Origin: Kineococcus xinjiangensis | GTDB lineage: Bacteria; Actinomycetota; Actinomycetes; Actinomycetales; Kineococcaceae | Direction of reading: 5' to 3' | Assembly: GCF_002934625.1 (NCBI RefSeq) | Contig: NZ_PTJD01000001.1 | Span: 445,041 to 509,040 of the forward strand | Length of the DNA stretch: 64,000 nucleotides | Part shown: in pieces, positions 1 through 9,907 of the stretch | Position numbering within the stretch: position 1 is the stretch's first letter | Layout of the letters: the number at the start of each line of letters is the position of its first letter | Position numbers and translations under genes: made by a program | Notes under the pieces: model-generated | Databases searched by the model: none | Told to the model about the DNA's origin: nothing | What the model saw: the letters and a program-made list of their open reading frames with translations, nothing else

Positions 1-198
1 GGCGCGGACCTGGTCTGGGTGCAGGAGGAGCCGGCCAACCAGGGTGCCTGGCAGTACGTGGCGATGAACTCCCCCGACGAGTTCAGCGACAAGCTGCGGC
101 TGGTCTCGCGCCCGGCCTCCGCCTCCCCGGCGGCGGGGTCGGTCAAGAAGCACCAGGTCGAGCAGGCCGCGCTCGTGGACGAGGCGTTCAACCGCTGA
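1..198 (+). CDS. sucA: 2-oxoglutarate dehydrogenase E1 component, C-terminal fragment (5' end lies outside the window)
   Basis: The open frame from nt 1 to TGA at 196-198 encodes ...VWVQEEPANQGAWQYVAMNSPDEF...LVSRPASASPAAGSVKKHQVEQAALVDEAFNR. The EEPxNQGAW and RPASASPA(V/A)G motifs match the conserved SucA/Kgd C-terminus (compare E. coli SucA ...WCQEEPLNQGAW...RPASASPAVG). Basis: sequence plus established knowledge. Confidence 0.7.
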   Translation, partial: GADLVWVQEEPANQGAWQYVAMNSPDEFSDKLRLVSRPASASPAAGSVKKHQVEQAALVDEAFNR

Positions 199-436
199 CG
201 TGCGACGGCTCCGGGCCGCCCCGCGTGGTGCCACCACGCGGGGCGGTCCGCTGCGCAGCGGCGACCACCCGGGCGGCACGTGGTGACGGGCGGGCGCTGA
301 CCGGTGGGCGCCCGGTCCGGCGCTGTCCGGGCCCCGGCGCGGGGCGGATATCCTCGCAGCGCCCCGGCGACGGCCGGGACTGGAGAACGGCGAGCGGCGA
401 ACGCCGCGAACGACCCGAGACAGGAGCGCCCCCGGC

Positions 437-1060
437 GTGAGCGAGGACCGCGTCTTCCCAGAGGACCGCTACGACGTGCGCGTCTGCGTCGTGGGCGACG
501 AGTTCGTGACCGGCGTCGGCGACCCGCGTTCCCTGGGCTGGGTCGGCCGGGTGGCCGCCCGCACGCCTCGCGAGGACCGGGAGGTCACCCTCTTCCCCCT
601 CGGCGTCCCCGGGGAGGCCACCACGGAACTCGCGGCGCGCTGGCGGGAGGAGACCGCCCGCCGCTTCGCCGGCGGCGACGAGCACCGGCTGATCATCGGC
701 CTGGGCCACCACGACCTCGACTGCGGCACGACGCTGGCCCGCAGCCGCCTCAACCTGGCCAACGTCCTCGACGAGTGCGAGGCCCGCGGCCTGCCCGCCC
801 TCGTGGTGGGGCCGGCGCCCGTGACCGACGAGGCCCGCAACGAGCGCATCGGCGACCTCGCCGACGCCTTCGCCGACGTCTGCGCCCGCCGCCGGGTCAG
901 CTACGTCGACACCTTCGGCCCGCTGTCCGACCACGAGGACTGGTACGCCGACCTGGCCGCCGGCGACGGCGTGCACCCGGGGCAGTCGGGCTACGGCCTG
1001 CTGGCGTGGCTGGTCCTGCACAGCGGCTGGTACGACTGGCTGGGCGTCCCGCAGCCCTGA
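437..1060 (+). CDS. SGNH/GDSL-family hydrolase
   Basis: 207 aa with a GTG start. The N-terminal VVGDEFVTGVGD block is GDSL-like. DGVHP near the C-terminus is the DxxH catalytic block of SGNH hydrolases. Codon usage matches the genome. Confidence 0.8.
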   Translation: MSEDRVFPEDRYDVRVCVVGDEFVTGVGDPRSLGWVGRVAARTPREDREVTLFPLGVPGEATTELAARWREETARRFAGGDEHRLIIGLGHHDLDCGTTLARSRLNLANVLDECEARGLPALVVGPAPVTDEARNERIGDLADAFADVCARRRVSYVDTFGPLSDHEDWYADLAAGDGVHPGQSGYGLLAWLVLHSGWYDWLGVPQP

Positions 1061-1124
1061 CCGGCGCACCCGCCCGGCCGCGGCGGTGCCTGCGCCGGGC
1101 GGGTGCGGCACTAGGGTCCCCCCC

Positions 1125-2858
1125 ATGAGCGCGGCTCACGGCGGCCCTCCCGAGCTCGTCCTCGGGCCGCTGCTGCGCTACGTCGACGAGACCCGCGCCA
1201 CGGTGTGGGTGGAGACCGACCGCCCCTGCGAGGTCGTGGTAGACGTCGGCGGCGGGGAGGACGCCTCCAGCGGCCGCGCCCCCACCTTCGGCGTCCACGG
1301 CCACCACTACGCCCTCGTCGTCGTGCGCGGCCTGCCGTCGGGCGCGGTCCTCCCCTACCGGGTGAGCCTCGACGGGCACGTGGTGTGGCCCGCGGAGGAC
1401 GGCCCGGGCGGGCCCGGCTCGCCCTTCCCGCCGAGCACCGTCCGCACCCGCGGCGAGACCGGGCGGCACGGCGCGGGGCACCTGCGGCTCTCGTTCGGCT
1501 CGTGCCGGCGCGCCGGCGGGGACTCGGCGCCGGAGCTGCGCGCGCTCGGGGCGGACGCCCTCGCGGCCCTCGCCCTGCGGATGGCCGCGACCGCGGAGGA
1601 CTCCTGGCCGCACGTGCTGCTCCTCGTGGGCGACCAGGTCTACGCCGACATGCCGTCGGAGCCCCTGCGCCGGCGCCTGCGCGAGGCCCACCGCGACAGC
1701 CTCGACGCCGACCCGGACGTGCGCGACGAGATCGGCACGTTCGAGGAGTACACCTGGCTGTACCGGGAGACGTGGGGCACCCCCGAGGTGCGCTGGCTGC
1801 TGTCGACGGTGCCCTCCTGCATGCTCCTCGACGACCACGACCTGCGCGACGACTGGAACACCTCCCGCACCTGGCGGGAGCGGGTGAGCGCGCAGCCGTG
1901 GTGGCGCGACCGGGTCGTCGGCGCCTTCGCCAGCTACTGGGTGCACCAGCACCTGGGCAACCTCTCCCCCGACGACATCGGGAGGGACCCGGTGTGGCGG
2001 GCGCTGCACGCCGAGCGCGACGACGCCGGGCGCAGCCGCGTCCTCGACGACTTCGCGTGGCGCGCCGACGCGGAGCCCACCTCGGCACGGTGGAGCTTCC
2101 GCCGCGACCTCGGCGACGTCCGGCTCGTCGCGGTGGACTCCCGCTGCTCGCGCGTGCTCGACCCGCGGGCCCGGCGCATGGTCGACCGGACCGAGTGGGC
2201 GTGGGTGCGCGAGCAGGTGCTCGACGCGGACGGGCGGGCACCGCGGCACGTCCTGCTCGCCACGACCCTGCCGGTCTTCCTGCCGCGCGCGCTGCACGAC
2301 CTGGAGGGCTGGGACGAGGCCGTCGCGGAGGGGGCGTGGGGGCGGCGCTGGGCGCGGGCCGGGGAGCGGCTGCGGCAGGCCGCGGACCTGGAGCACTGGG
2401 CGGCCTTCCGCGCCTCCTTCGCCGAGTTCACCGACCTGCTGGCCGAGCTGTGCTCCCCCGCCCGGGCCGGGGCGCCGCGCAGCGTCCTCGTGCTGTCCGG
2501 CGACGTCCACTGCAGCTACTCCGCCGAGGTCCGCCTGCCCGGTGTGGACCCGGCCCGCACCGCGGTGCACCAGCTCGTCATGTCGCCCTTCCGCAACCCG
2601 ATGGAGCGGCTGCTGCGGGCGGCCATCGTGGGTTTCGAGACCCGGCCCCTGCGCTCGGTGCTGGCGCGGCTGGCCCGCTCCGCGGGCGTGGCGGCCGACG
2701 GGGTCTCGTGGCGGGTGACGCACGGGCCGTGGTTCGCCAACGGCGTCACGACGCTGGACGTGGCCGGGGAGCGGGCGACCGCGGAGGTCGACCACGCCCT
2801 CGTCGTCGGGGGGCGGCAGCTCCTCGAGCGCACCGCCGACGTCCCGGTGCAGGGCTGA
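1125..2858 (+). CDS. PhoD-like metallophosphatase (alkaline phosphatase D family)
   Basis: LLLVGDQVYAD is the PhoD/calcineurin-like metallophosphatase GDxxY motif. It sits downstream of a beta-rich N-terminal domain (GPLLRYVDETRATVWVETD). An alternative in-frame GTG at 1086 would overlap the stop of the upstream gene. The ATG at 1125 is my preferred start but is not proven. Confidence 0.7.
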   Translation: MSAAHGGPPELVLGPLLRYVDETRATVWVETDRPCEVVVDVGGGEDASSGRAPTFGVHGHHYALVVVRGLPSGAVLPYRVSLDGHVVWPAEDGPGGPGSPFPPSTVRTRGETGRHGAGHLRLSFGSCRRAGGDSAPELRALGADALAALALRMAATAEDSWPHVLLLVGDQVYADMPSEPLRRRLREAHRDSLDADPDVRDEIGTFEEYTWLYRETWGTPEVRWLLSTVPSCMLLDDHDLRDDWNTSRTWRERVSAQPWWRDRVVGAFASYWVHQHLGNLSPDDIGRDPVWRALHAERDDAGRSRVLDDFAWRADAEPTSARWSFRRDLGDVRLVAVDSRCSRVLDPRARRMVDRTEWAWVREQVLDADGRAPRHVLLATTLPVFLPRALHDLEGWDEAVAEGAWGRRWARAGERLRQAADLEHWAAFRASFAEFTDLLAELCSPARAGAPRSVLVLSGDVHCSYSAEVRLPGVDPARTAVHQLVMSPFRNPMERLLRAAIVGFETRPLRSVLARLARSAGVAADGVSWRVTHGPWFANGVTTLDVAGERATAEVDHALVVGGRQLLERTADVPVQG

Positions 2859-2992
2859 GGGTGCGCAGCCGGGCAGCGCACCGAAGTGTTGCGAGTGCAT
2901 CTCGGTGCGGAACCGGTGCGCAGTATGGGCAGACGCAGCGGGTCGAGTAGTCCAGACTGTCCACCCTCAGTCCCAGACCAGGAGGTTCTCCC

Positions 2993-3910
2993 GTGGCCCA
3001 TCGCCGGTCGTTCCTGCTCATGTGCGGCACCGTCGCCGCCACCGCGCTCGCGGTCACCAGCTGCGGTTCCGACTCGCTCAGCGGCGCCCCCAGCTCCCCC
3101 GGCTCCACGGGGAGCCCCACCTCCTCGGCCGCGGCCCCCAGCGCCGACACGTCCCTGCAGGACTCCCTCCCGCAGGCCCTGAAGGACTCCGGCGTGCTGC
3201 GCGTCGGCACCAACGCCGAGTACCCGCCCAACGAGTACCTGGAGGGCGGCGAGGTCGCCGGCCTGGGCATCGACGTCATGAACGCCGTCGCCGCCAAGCT
3301 CGGCCTGGAGACGGAGTACACCAACGCGCCGTTCGACAGCCTGATCATCGGTGTGGCCGCCAACCGCTACGACGCGGCCGTCTCCTCCTTCACGATCAAC
3401 GAGGAGCGCAAGAAGGAGGTCAACATGGTCAGCTACTTCGAGGCGGGCAGCCAGTGGGCCACCCTGGCGGACAACCCCTCCGGCCTCGACCCGGCCTCCC
3501 CCTGCGGCAAGCGCGTGGCCGTGCAGACCGGCACCGTGCAGGCCGACGAGGACCTGCCCGCCCGCAACAAGGAGTGCGTCGACGCCGGCAAGCCGGCGAT
3601 CGAGGTCCTGACGTTCTCCAGCCAGCAGGACGCGACCGCGGCCCTGGTCGCCAACCGCGTCGACGCCACGGTGGCGGACTCCCCGATCATCGCCTACGCC
3701 GTGAAGCAGACCAACGGCCAGCTCGAGGCCGTCGGCGACGTCTACGACTCGGCGCCGTACGGCATCGTCATCCCGAAGGACCAGCCCGAGCTCGCGGAGG
3801 CGGTGGCGGAGGCGCTGAAGGCCCTGGAGGAGGACGGCACCTACGCCCAGGTCCTGCAGAAGTGGGGCAACGAGGACGGGGCCATCGACGACTTCGCCGT
3901 CAACCCGTGA
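2993..3910 (+). CDS. polar amino acid ABC transporter substrate-binding lipoprotein
   Basis: The N-terminus has a lipoprotein signal with lipobox LAVTSC followed by a Ser/Pro-rich linker. The remainder is a family-3 solute-binding fold (LRVGTNAEYPPNEY...GIVIPKD). AGGAGG lies upstream of the start. It is followed in-operon by a permease and an ATPase. Confidence 0.85.
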   Translation: MAHRRSFLLMCGTVAATALAVTSCGSDSLSGAPSSPGSTGSPTSSAAAPSADTSLQDSLPQALKDSGVLRVGTNAEYPPNEYLEGGEVAGLGIDVMNAVAAKLGLETEYTNAPFDSLIIGVAANRYDAAVSSFTINEERKKEVNMVSYFEAGSQWATLADNPSGLDPASPCGKRVAVQTGTVQADEDLPARNKECVDAGKPAIEVLTFSSQQDATAALVANRVDATVADSPIIAYAVKQTNGQLEAVGDVYDSAPYGIVIPKDQPELAEAVAEALKALEEDGTYAQVLQKWGNEDGAIDDFAVNP

Positions 3911-4907
3911 GTGCGCAGCCTCCCGTCAGCGCGGACGGGCAGGCCGGCGCGAGCGCCGAGGAGCGACCGGGCCGCATCGAGGCGGTCCCGGTCCGCCACC
4001 CGGGGCGGTGGGTGGCCGTCGCGGTCATCGCCGTCCTGGTGGCCATGTTCCTGCACCTCCTGCTGACGAACCCGGTCTTCAACTGGCCGTTCGTCTTCGA
4101 GGCCATGAACCAGCGCGTGGTCATCGAGGGGTTCATCTACGGGACCCTCCTGGTGACGCTGGGCGCGATGGTCGTCGGCGTCGTCGGCGGCGTGATCCTC
4201 GCGGTGATGCGGCTGTCGCCGAACCCGGTGCTGTCGGGTGTCTCGTGGGTCTTCACGTGGTTCTTCCGCGGGATCCCGCGCCTGGTGCTGCTGACGTTCA
4301 CGGGCGGCATCGGCGCGCTGTTCGCGACGGGGCTCTCGATCGGGGTCCCGTTCGACTTCCTGCTGGACCGCTGGTTCGGCACCGGTGAGCTGCGTCTGTT
4401 CACCCTCAGCCAGACCGAGATCAACGTCCTCGTCGGCTCGATCTTCGGCGGCATCATCGGCCTGGGGCTGTCGGAGGCGGCCTACATGGCCGAGATCGCC
4501 CGGGCGGGCATCCTCAGCGTCGACCGCGGCCAGCAGGAGGCCGCCGAGGCGCTGGGCATGACCCGGTCGCAGACGATGCGCCGGATCGTGCTGCCGCAGG
4601 CGATGCGCGTCATCGTGCCGCCGACGGGCAACGAGGTCACGGCGATGCTGAAGGACACCTCGCTGCTCATCGGCATCCCGGTGACGGCGGAGCTGTTCTT
4701 CCAGCTGCGCAACATCGGCAGCACGACGTACCAGCTCATCCCGGTCTTCGTGGCGGCGATCCTGTACTACCTGGCCGCCACGAGCGTGCTGATGGTGGGC
4801 CAGTACTTCCTGGAGAAGCGCTTCGGGCGCGGCTTCGGCTCGCGGATGGCACCCAAGCCGAAGGCCGCCGCGGGCGCCGGGGCCGGCGCGGCGACGGGGG
4901 GCGCGAA

Positions 4908-4911
<4 letters not shown>
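3907..4911 (+). CDS. amino acid ABC transporter permease (His/Glu/Gln/Arg family)
   Basis: The GTG start at 3907 overlaps the SBP stop (GTGA). The protein has multiple TM helices and the EAA-like motif region ([22 protein letters not shown]) typical of polar amino acid permeases. Confidence 0.85.
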
Positions 4912-5693
<782 letters not shown>

Positions 5694-5711
5694 GGCGGAG
5701 CCGGCGGCGAG

Positions 5712-5745
5712 GCTGGGGGCGGGTCCGGACGGACCCGCCCCCAGC
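5712..5745. terminator. GC-rich hairpin between the convergent ABC ATPase and pilT genes (putative bidirectional terminator)
   Basis: Perfect inverted repeat gctgggggcgggtcc-ggac-ggacccgcccccagc, a 15-bp stem with a 4-nt loop, lying between two convergent stop codons. Confidence 0.5.
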
Positions 5746-5766
5746 CCGTCCCGGCGCGGTGACGGC

Positions 5767-6867
5767 TCAGGCCACCAGGCCGAGGCGACGCAGCTCCACC
5801 AGCAGGTCGTGCGGGTTGCTCGCCGCGTGCTGGGCGTCCTCCAGCGTCACGACGCCGTCGCGGACCAGCGCCACCAGGTGCTGGTCGAACGTCTGCATCG
5901 CGTAGAAGCCGCCCTCCTTGATGAGGTCGGTGATGTGGTGAGTCTTCTCCGGGTCCGAGATCGCCTCGGCGATGCGACCGGTGTTGACGCAGATCTCCAT
6001 GACCACGCACCGGCCCTGCCCGTCCGCCCGCGGGACCAGCCGCTGGCACACGATGCCGCGCAGCGCACCGGCCAGCGCCAGGCGGATCTGCTTCTGCTCG
6101 TGCGGGGGGAAGAAGTCGATGATGCGGCTGATGGTCTCCGCCGCGTCGATGGTGTGCAGGGTGGACATGACGAAGTGGCCGGTCTCCGACGCCGACAGCG
6201 CCGCCTTGACGGTCTCCTCGTCGCGCATCTCGCCGACGAGGATGACGTCGGGGTCCTGGCGCATCGCGGCGCGCAGCGCGGTGGCGAAGTCCTGCGTGTC
6301 CAGCCGCACCTCGCGCTGGTTGATCATCGAGAGCTTGTCCGAGTGCATGACCTCGATGGGGTCCTCGATGGTGACGATGTGGGACTCGCGGGTGGAGTTG
6401 ATGTGGTCGATCATCCCCGCCAGCGTCGTCGTCTTGCCCGAGCCCGTCGGGCCGGTGACCAGCAGCAGCCCGCGCGGCTCGAGCGAGAGCTGCTCCAGCA
6501 CCGCGGGGACGCCCAGGTCGCGCAGGGCGATGGCGCTCACCGAGACGCGGCGCAGGACCATCGCCACCGTGCCGCGCTGACGGAAGGCGTTGACGCGGAA
6601 GCGCCCCCCGCCGTCGGGGCTGTAGGCGAAGTCGGCCTCGTTCGTGCGGGCGAACTGCTCGCGCAGGTCGGCGCGCAGGATCTCCTCCAGCATCAGCTCC
6701 GTGTCGACCGGGGTCAGCGCCGGCGACTGGAGGGCGCGGAGCCTGCCGTCGATGCGGACCCGGGGCGGCGAGCCGGCCTTGAGGTGCAGGTCGGAACCGC
6801 GCAACTGCACCAGGGCCTGCAGGAAGGGCGAGATGGCCAGGGCGGAGCCCGTGTCGAGGAGGGTCAC
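5767..6867 (-). CDS. pilT: type IV pilus twitching-motility ATPase PilT
   Basis: 366 aa. Walker A GPTGSGKTT is present, together with the PilT-specific Asp box and the His box (VMSTLHT). The C-terminal AIRNLIRE-like helix is replaced here by ITDLIKEG. Overall the protein is collinear with PilT-family retraction ATPases. Confidence 0.85.
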   Translation of the reverse strand: MTLLDTGSALAISPFLQALVQLRGSDLHLKAGSPPRVRIDGRLRALQSPALTPVDTELMLEEILRADLREQFARTNEADFAYSPDGGGRFRVNAFRQRGTVAMVLRRVSVSAIALRDLGVPAVLEQLSLEPRGLLLVTGPTGSGKTTTLAGMIDHINSTRESHIVTIEDPIEVMHSDKLSMINQREVRLDTQDFATALRAAMRQDPDVILVGEMRDEETVKAALSASETGHFVMSTLHTIDAAETISRIIDFFPPHEQKQIRLALAGALRGIVCQRLVPRADGQGRCVVMEICVNTGRIAEAISDPEKTHHITDLIKEGGFYAMQTFDQHLVALVRDGVVTLEDAQHAASNPHDLLVELRRLGLVA

Positions 6868-7027
6868 CCCGCGTGGATCGGCACCGCCGGGTGGGACCTT
6901 GACAGCCGCCGCCCCCGGCGGGGCGGGGGATCACCCGGGCGGACGTGGGAGCATGGCAGCAGCACCAGCACGAACCGCCAGCGCGAGCCCCGCCGCCTGG
7001 CGCCGCAGACCGGAAGGAGGACCCCGC

Positions 7028-7102
7028 ATGAGCAAGCGAGGCCGCAAGCGCCGTTCGCGCAAGGGCAACGCCGCCAACCACGGCAAGCGCCCCAACGCCT
7101 GA
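7028..7102 (+). CDS. 50S ribosomal protein bL37 (24 aa)
   Basis: ATG at 7028 encodes MSKRGRKRRSRKGNAANHGKRPNA. It matches the conserved actinobacterial bL37 micro-protein (KRGRK...ANHGKRPNA). It is too short to appear in the ORF track as a separate entry. Confidence 0.75.
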   Translation: MSKRGRKRRSRKGNAANHGKRPNA

Positions 7103-7169
7103 GACGGCCCCTCCGCGCTCCACGGCGGCCCGACACGGCCGCCGGGAGACGGAAGCCAGCACGCAGCAG

Positions 7170-7201
7170 GAGGGCCCGGCGGTCGAGACCGCCGGGCCCT
7201 C
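7170..7201. terminator. hairpin between the convergent bL37 and anti-sigma genes
   Basis: gagggcccggcgg-tcgaga-ccgccgggccctc, a perfect 13-bp stem. Confidence 0.5.
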
Positions 7202-7216
7202 CGCCGTCCTGGGAGG

Positions 7217-7537
7217 TCAGCCCCCGTAGGTGGCGCGCACCTCGGTGATCCTCAGGAGGATCTTCGCCCGCAGCTCCAGCGGCGCGGCGTCGCAGGCGCA
7301 GCTTCGCCGCACGAGCGCCTTGAGGTGCTCGCTCGCGTCGTACTCCCGCAGGCAGGGCGCGCACTCCAGCAGGTGCCGCCGGATCTTGTCGCAGTCGAGG
7401 GGGCCCAGCTCGCCGTCGATGTACTCGAACGCCCGGTCGAGGACCTCGCGGCACACCTGCTTCTCACCGGCCGGCCGCGGATCCGCCTGCCCGGCCCCGG
7501 GCCCGGAGAGCGCCGTGGGCTGTGCGCCGTCGTTCAC
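7217..7537 (-). CDS. rshA: zinc-associated anti-sigma factor RsrA/RshA
   Basis: The protein is about 106 aa and contains the ZAS HxxxCxxC motif (HLLECAPC) plus extra Cys residues (RSCACD). The GTG start at 7537 overlaps the sigH stop (GTGA). It lies immediately downstream of sigH, as in Streptomyces sigR-rsrA and mycobacterial sigH-rshA. Confidence 0.85.
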   Translation of the reverse strand: MNDGAQPTALSGPGAGQADPRPAGEKQVCREVLDRAFEYIDGELGPLDCDKIRRHLLECAPCLREYDASEHLKALVRRSCACDAAPLELRAKILLRITEVRATYGG

Positions 7538-8157
7538 GCCGCACCCCCGGCGCCCCGCGTCGCGGCCGACACGCCGCGCTCCCGCGCGTAGTCCTGCAGC
7601 AGGTCGCGCAGCTGCCGCCGCCCCCGGTGCAAGCGCGACATGACCGTCCCGATCGGCGTGCCCATGATCTCGGCGATCTCCTTGTAGGCGAAGCCCTCCA
7701 CGTCCGCGAGGTACACCGCCATGCGGAACTCGTCGGGGATCGACTGCAGGGCTTCCTTCACGTCGGAGTCGGGCAGGTGGTCCAGCGCCTCGGTCTCCGC
7801 CGACTTCAGCCCGGAGGAGGTGTGCGACTCGGCGCGCGCGAGCTGCCAGTCCTCGATCTCGTCGCTGTGCGACTGCTGGGGCTCCCGCTGCTTCTTCCGG
7901 TACGTGTTGATGTACGTGTTCGTCAGGATGCGGTAGAGCCAGGCCTTGAGGTTGGTCCCCGGCGCGTACTGGTGGAACGAGGCGTAGGCCTTCGCGAAGG
8001 CGTCCTGCACCAGGTCCTCGGCGTCGGCCGGGTTCCGCGTCATCCGCAGCGCCGCGGAGTAGAGCTGGTCGAGGAAGGGCAGCGCGTCCTGCTCGAAGCG
8101 GGCCGCGCGCTCGTCGGCGGTCTCGCCCGAGGGGGCCCGGGAGGTCTGCTCGGTCAT
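7534..8157 (-). CDS. sigH: ECF sigma factor SigH/SigR (oxidative and thiol stress)
   Basis: 207 aa, starting MTEQTS. Region 2 ([14 protein letters not shown]...[10 protein letters not shown]) and region 4 ([23 protein letters not shown]) show very high similarity to SigR/SigH. The conserved downstream anti-sigma gene supports the call. Confidence 0.9.
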   Translation of the reverse strand: MTEQTSRAPSGETADERAARFEQDALPFLDQLYSAALRMTRNPADAEDLVQDAFAKAYASFHQYAPGTNLKAWLYRILTNTYINTYRKKQREPQQSHSDEIEDWQLARAESHTSSGLKSAETEALDHLPDSDVKEALQSIPDEFRMAVYLADVEGFAYKEIAEIMGTPIGTVMSRLHRGRRQLRDLLQDYARERGVSAATRGAGGAA

Positions 8158-8325
8158 CGCCGTCGAGCCTAGTCGCCAGGCCGCGACCGCGCCGGGTGAG
8201 CGGGTGCCGGGACGACATCGCGGCCCGCCCGCGCAGGGCGGTCGGACCGGCGCCCGGGGGCCGGGTCGTGCCGGTCCGCGACGGGCGGCCGGCTGCGGAT
8301 CGCGTGCCAGGAGCATGCACGGCAG

Positions 8326-8351
8326 AACGCCGCCGCCGGGTGAGCCATTCC
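8326..8351 (-). promoter_or_regulatory. SigH/SigR-type promoter (GGAAT-N18-GTT) about 170 nt upstream of sigH
   Basis: The minus strand reads GGAAT (8351..8347), then 18 nt, then GTT (8328..8326). This is the consensus of SigR/SigH-dependent, autoregulated promoters. Basis: sequence plus established knowledge of the SigR regulon consensus. Confidence 0.55.
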
Positions 8352-8418
8352 GGGGCGCGGCGCTGCCGGAGCGCCGTCCCGCGGCCGGCCCGGCGCCCGG
8401 GCTCGCGGGCGCACCGGA

Positions 8419-9240
8419 TCAGGACCCGATGACCTCCCCCGTCCGCAGGTCCACCACGCCCTCCAGCTCCGCCGCCGGGGCGGGGTCCAGCAGGCCGGGG
8501 TCCTGCGCCCGCACGTTGCCCACCCGGCGCGAGACGGGGAAGGCGTCCAGGGCGGTCTCGAAGAGGTCGCGCGGCACGGCCTCCAGCACCTCCCGCACCT
8601 CCTCGGGCTCCGCCCGCTCCGGCTCCAGCCAGGCGTCGCGCAGGTCCGCGGGGACGACCAGCGGCATCCGGTCGTGCAGCCGGTCCAGGCCCGGCTCGGC
8701 CTCCGTCGTGATGATCGCGAACGACACGAGCCAGCGGTCCGGGTCGTCGTCGGGGCGGTCGCGGTCGCGCCAGAACTCGTAGATCCCCGCCAGCGACAGC
8801 CGCGAGCCGTCCCGGGAGCGCACCGCGAAGGGCTGCGTGCGCGGCTTGCCGCCGGCGCCCTCCGCCAGCGGGCTGCGCTGCCACTCGTACCAGGCGTCGA
8901 CCGGCACGAGGCAGCGCCGGGCCACGGCCGCCTTCGCGAAGGCGGGCTTCTCCAGCAGCGTCTCCACCCGGGCGTTGACCATCCGGTTGCCCACGGAGGG
9001 GTCCTTCGCCCAGCTCGGCACCAGGCCCCAGCGCAGGCGGCGCAGCGAGCGCACCGGCAGCGCCTCCGGCTCGCCCTTCGGCACCCGCTCCAGCACCACC
9101 GGCGGTGACGTCGTCGGCGCCACGTTCAGGCCCGGCGCGCCCTCGGCGCTGCCGGGCGTGCCGCCGACGGTGTCCTCGTCGACCTCGAACTCCTCCACGA
9201 GGTCGGCGGCACCGGTCCTGAGGGCATACCTCCCGCACAC
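8419..9240 (-). CDS. SOS-response-associated peptidase (SRAP/YedK/HMCES family, abasic-site processing)
   Basis: The family hallmark is an N-terminal Met-Cys2 followed by GRY. A GTG at 9240 gives M-CGRYAL..., whereas the longer ORF start at 9294 would bury the catalytic Cys. The WGLVPSWAKD and NARVETL motifs are typical of the family. Confidence 0.8.
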   Translation of the reverse strand: MCGRYALRTGAADLVEEFEVDEDTVGGTPGSAEGAPGLNVAPTTSPPVVLERVPKGEPEALPVRSLRRLRWGLVPSWAKDPSVGNRMVNARVETLLEKPAFAKAAVARRCLVPVDAWYEWQRSPLAEGAGGKPRTQPFAVRSRDGSRLSLAGIYEFWRDRDRPDDDPDRWLVSFAIITTEAEPGLDRLHDRMPLVVPADLRDAWLEPERAEPEEVREVLEAVPRDLFETALDAFPVSRRVGNVRAQDPGLLDPAPAAELEGVVDLRTGEVIGS

Positions 9241-9317
9241 GGGGGCCAGCTTGCCATCGGGCACCGACTCCGGCAGCGGAGGTGCGGTGATCACGAACCT
9301 GCGGTAGGCATCCCCCC

Positions 9318-9848
9318 ATGATTCTGGTCCGCCGCCTCGCCCGCCCGCTGATCGCCGCCTACTTCGTCAAGTGCGGGATCGACCAGGTCCGCCGCGCGAA
9401 GGAGCTGGCGCCGCAGGCCGAACCGGTCACCGACGCCGTCGCCGGCCCGCTGGGCCTGCCCGGGGACCCGGAGCTCCTGGTGCGCGCCAACGGCGCCGCG
9501 ATGGCCGGCGCCGGGGCCCTCTTCGCCCTGGGCCGGATGCCGCGGCTGTCGGCGCTCGTGATGGCCACGACCATGGCCCCCACCGCCTGCGCGGCCCACC
9601 CGTTCTGGACGGCGCGCGACACCGAGCGCCGCGCGGAGGAGCTCGGGGCCTTCCTCAAGCACGCCGGCCTCCTCGGCGCCGCCCTGCTCGCCGCGGTCGA
9701 CACGGCCGGCAAGCCGGGGGTGACGTGGCGGGGCAAGCGGCTGGCGCGCGACGCCCGCCGCGCCGCGAAGGTCGCCGCCGGCCAGGCCCGCCACGCCGCC
9801 ACGGTGAGCGCCAAGGACGTCCAGCTCGCGGTCGAGCGACTGCACTGA
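9318..9848 (+). CDS. DoxX-family membrane protein
   Basis: 176 aa hydrophobic protein. The N-terminal [18 protein letters not shown] block is typical of DoxX. Confidence 0.65.
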   Translation: MILVRRLARPLIAAYFVKCGIDQVRRAKELAPQAEPVTDAVAGPLGLPGDPELLVRANGAAMAGAGALFALGRMPRLSALVMATTMAPTACAAHPFWTARDTERRAEELGAFLKHAGLLGAALLAAVDTAGKPGVTWRGKRLARDARRAAKVAAGQARHAATVSAKDVQLAVERLH

Positions 9849-9907
9849 GACGCGCCCCGGGGGTGGGGCTGCGGAGGGCAGCGGCTCGGCGCTGGAACAA
9901 TGGCGGC

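Noticed and set aside
188-1128. Overlapping ORFs of 312 aa (minus) and 274 aa (plus) over the SGNH hydrolase gene
   Set aside because: Alternative frames and antisense of a gene with clear catalytic motifs. Translations are low-complexity Arg/Pro-rich.
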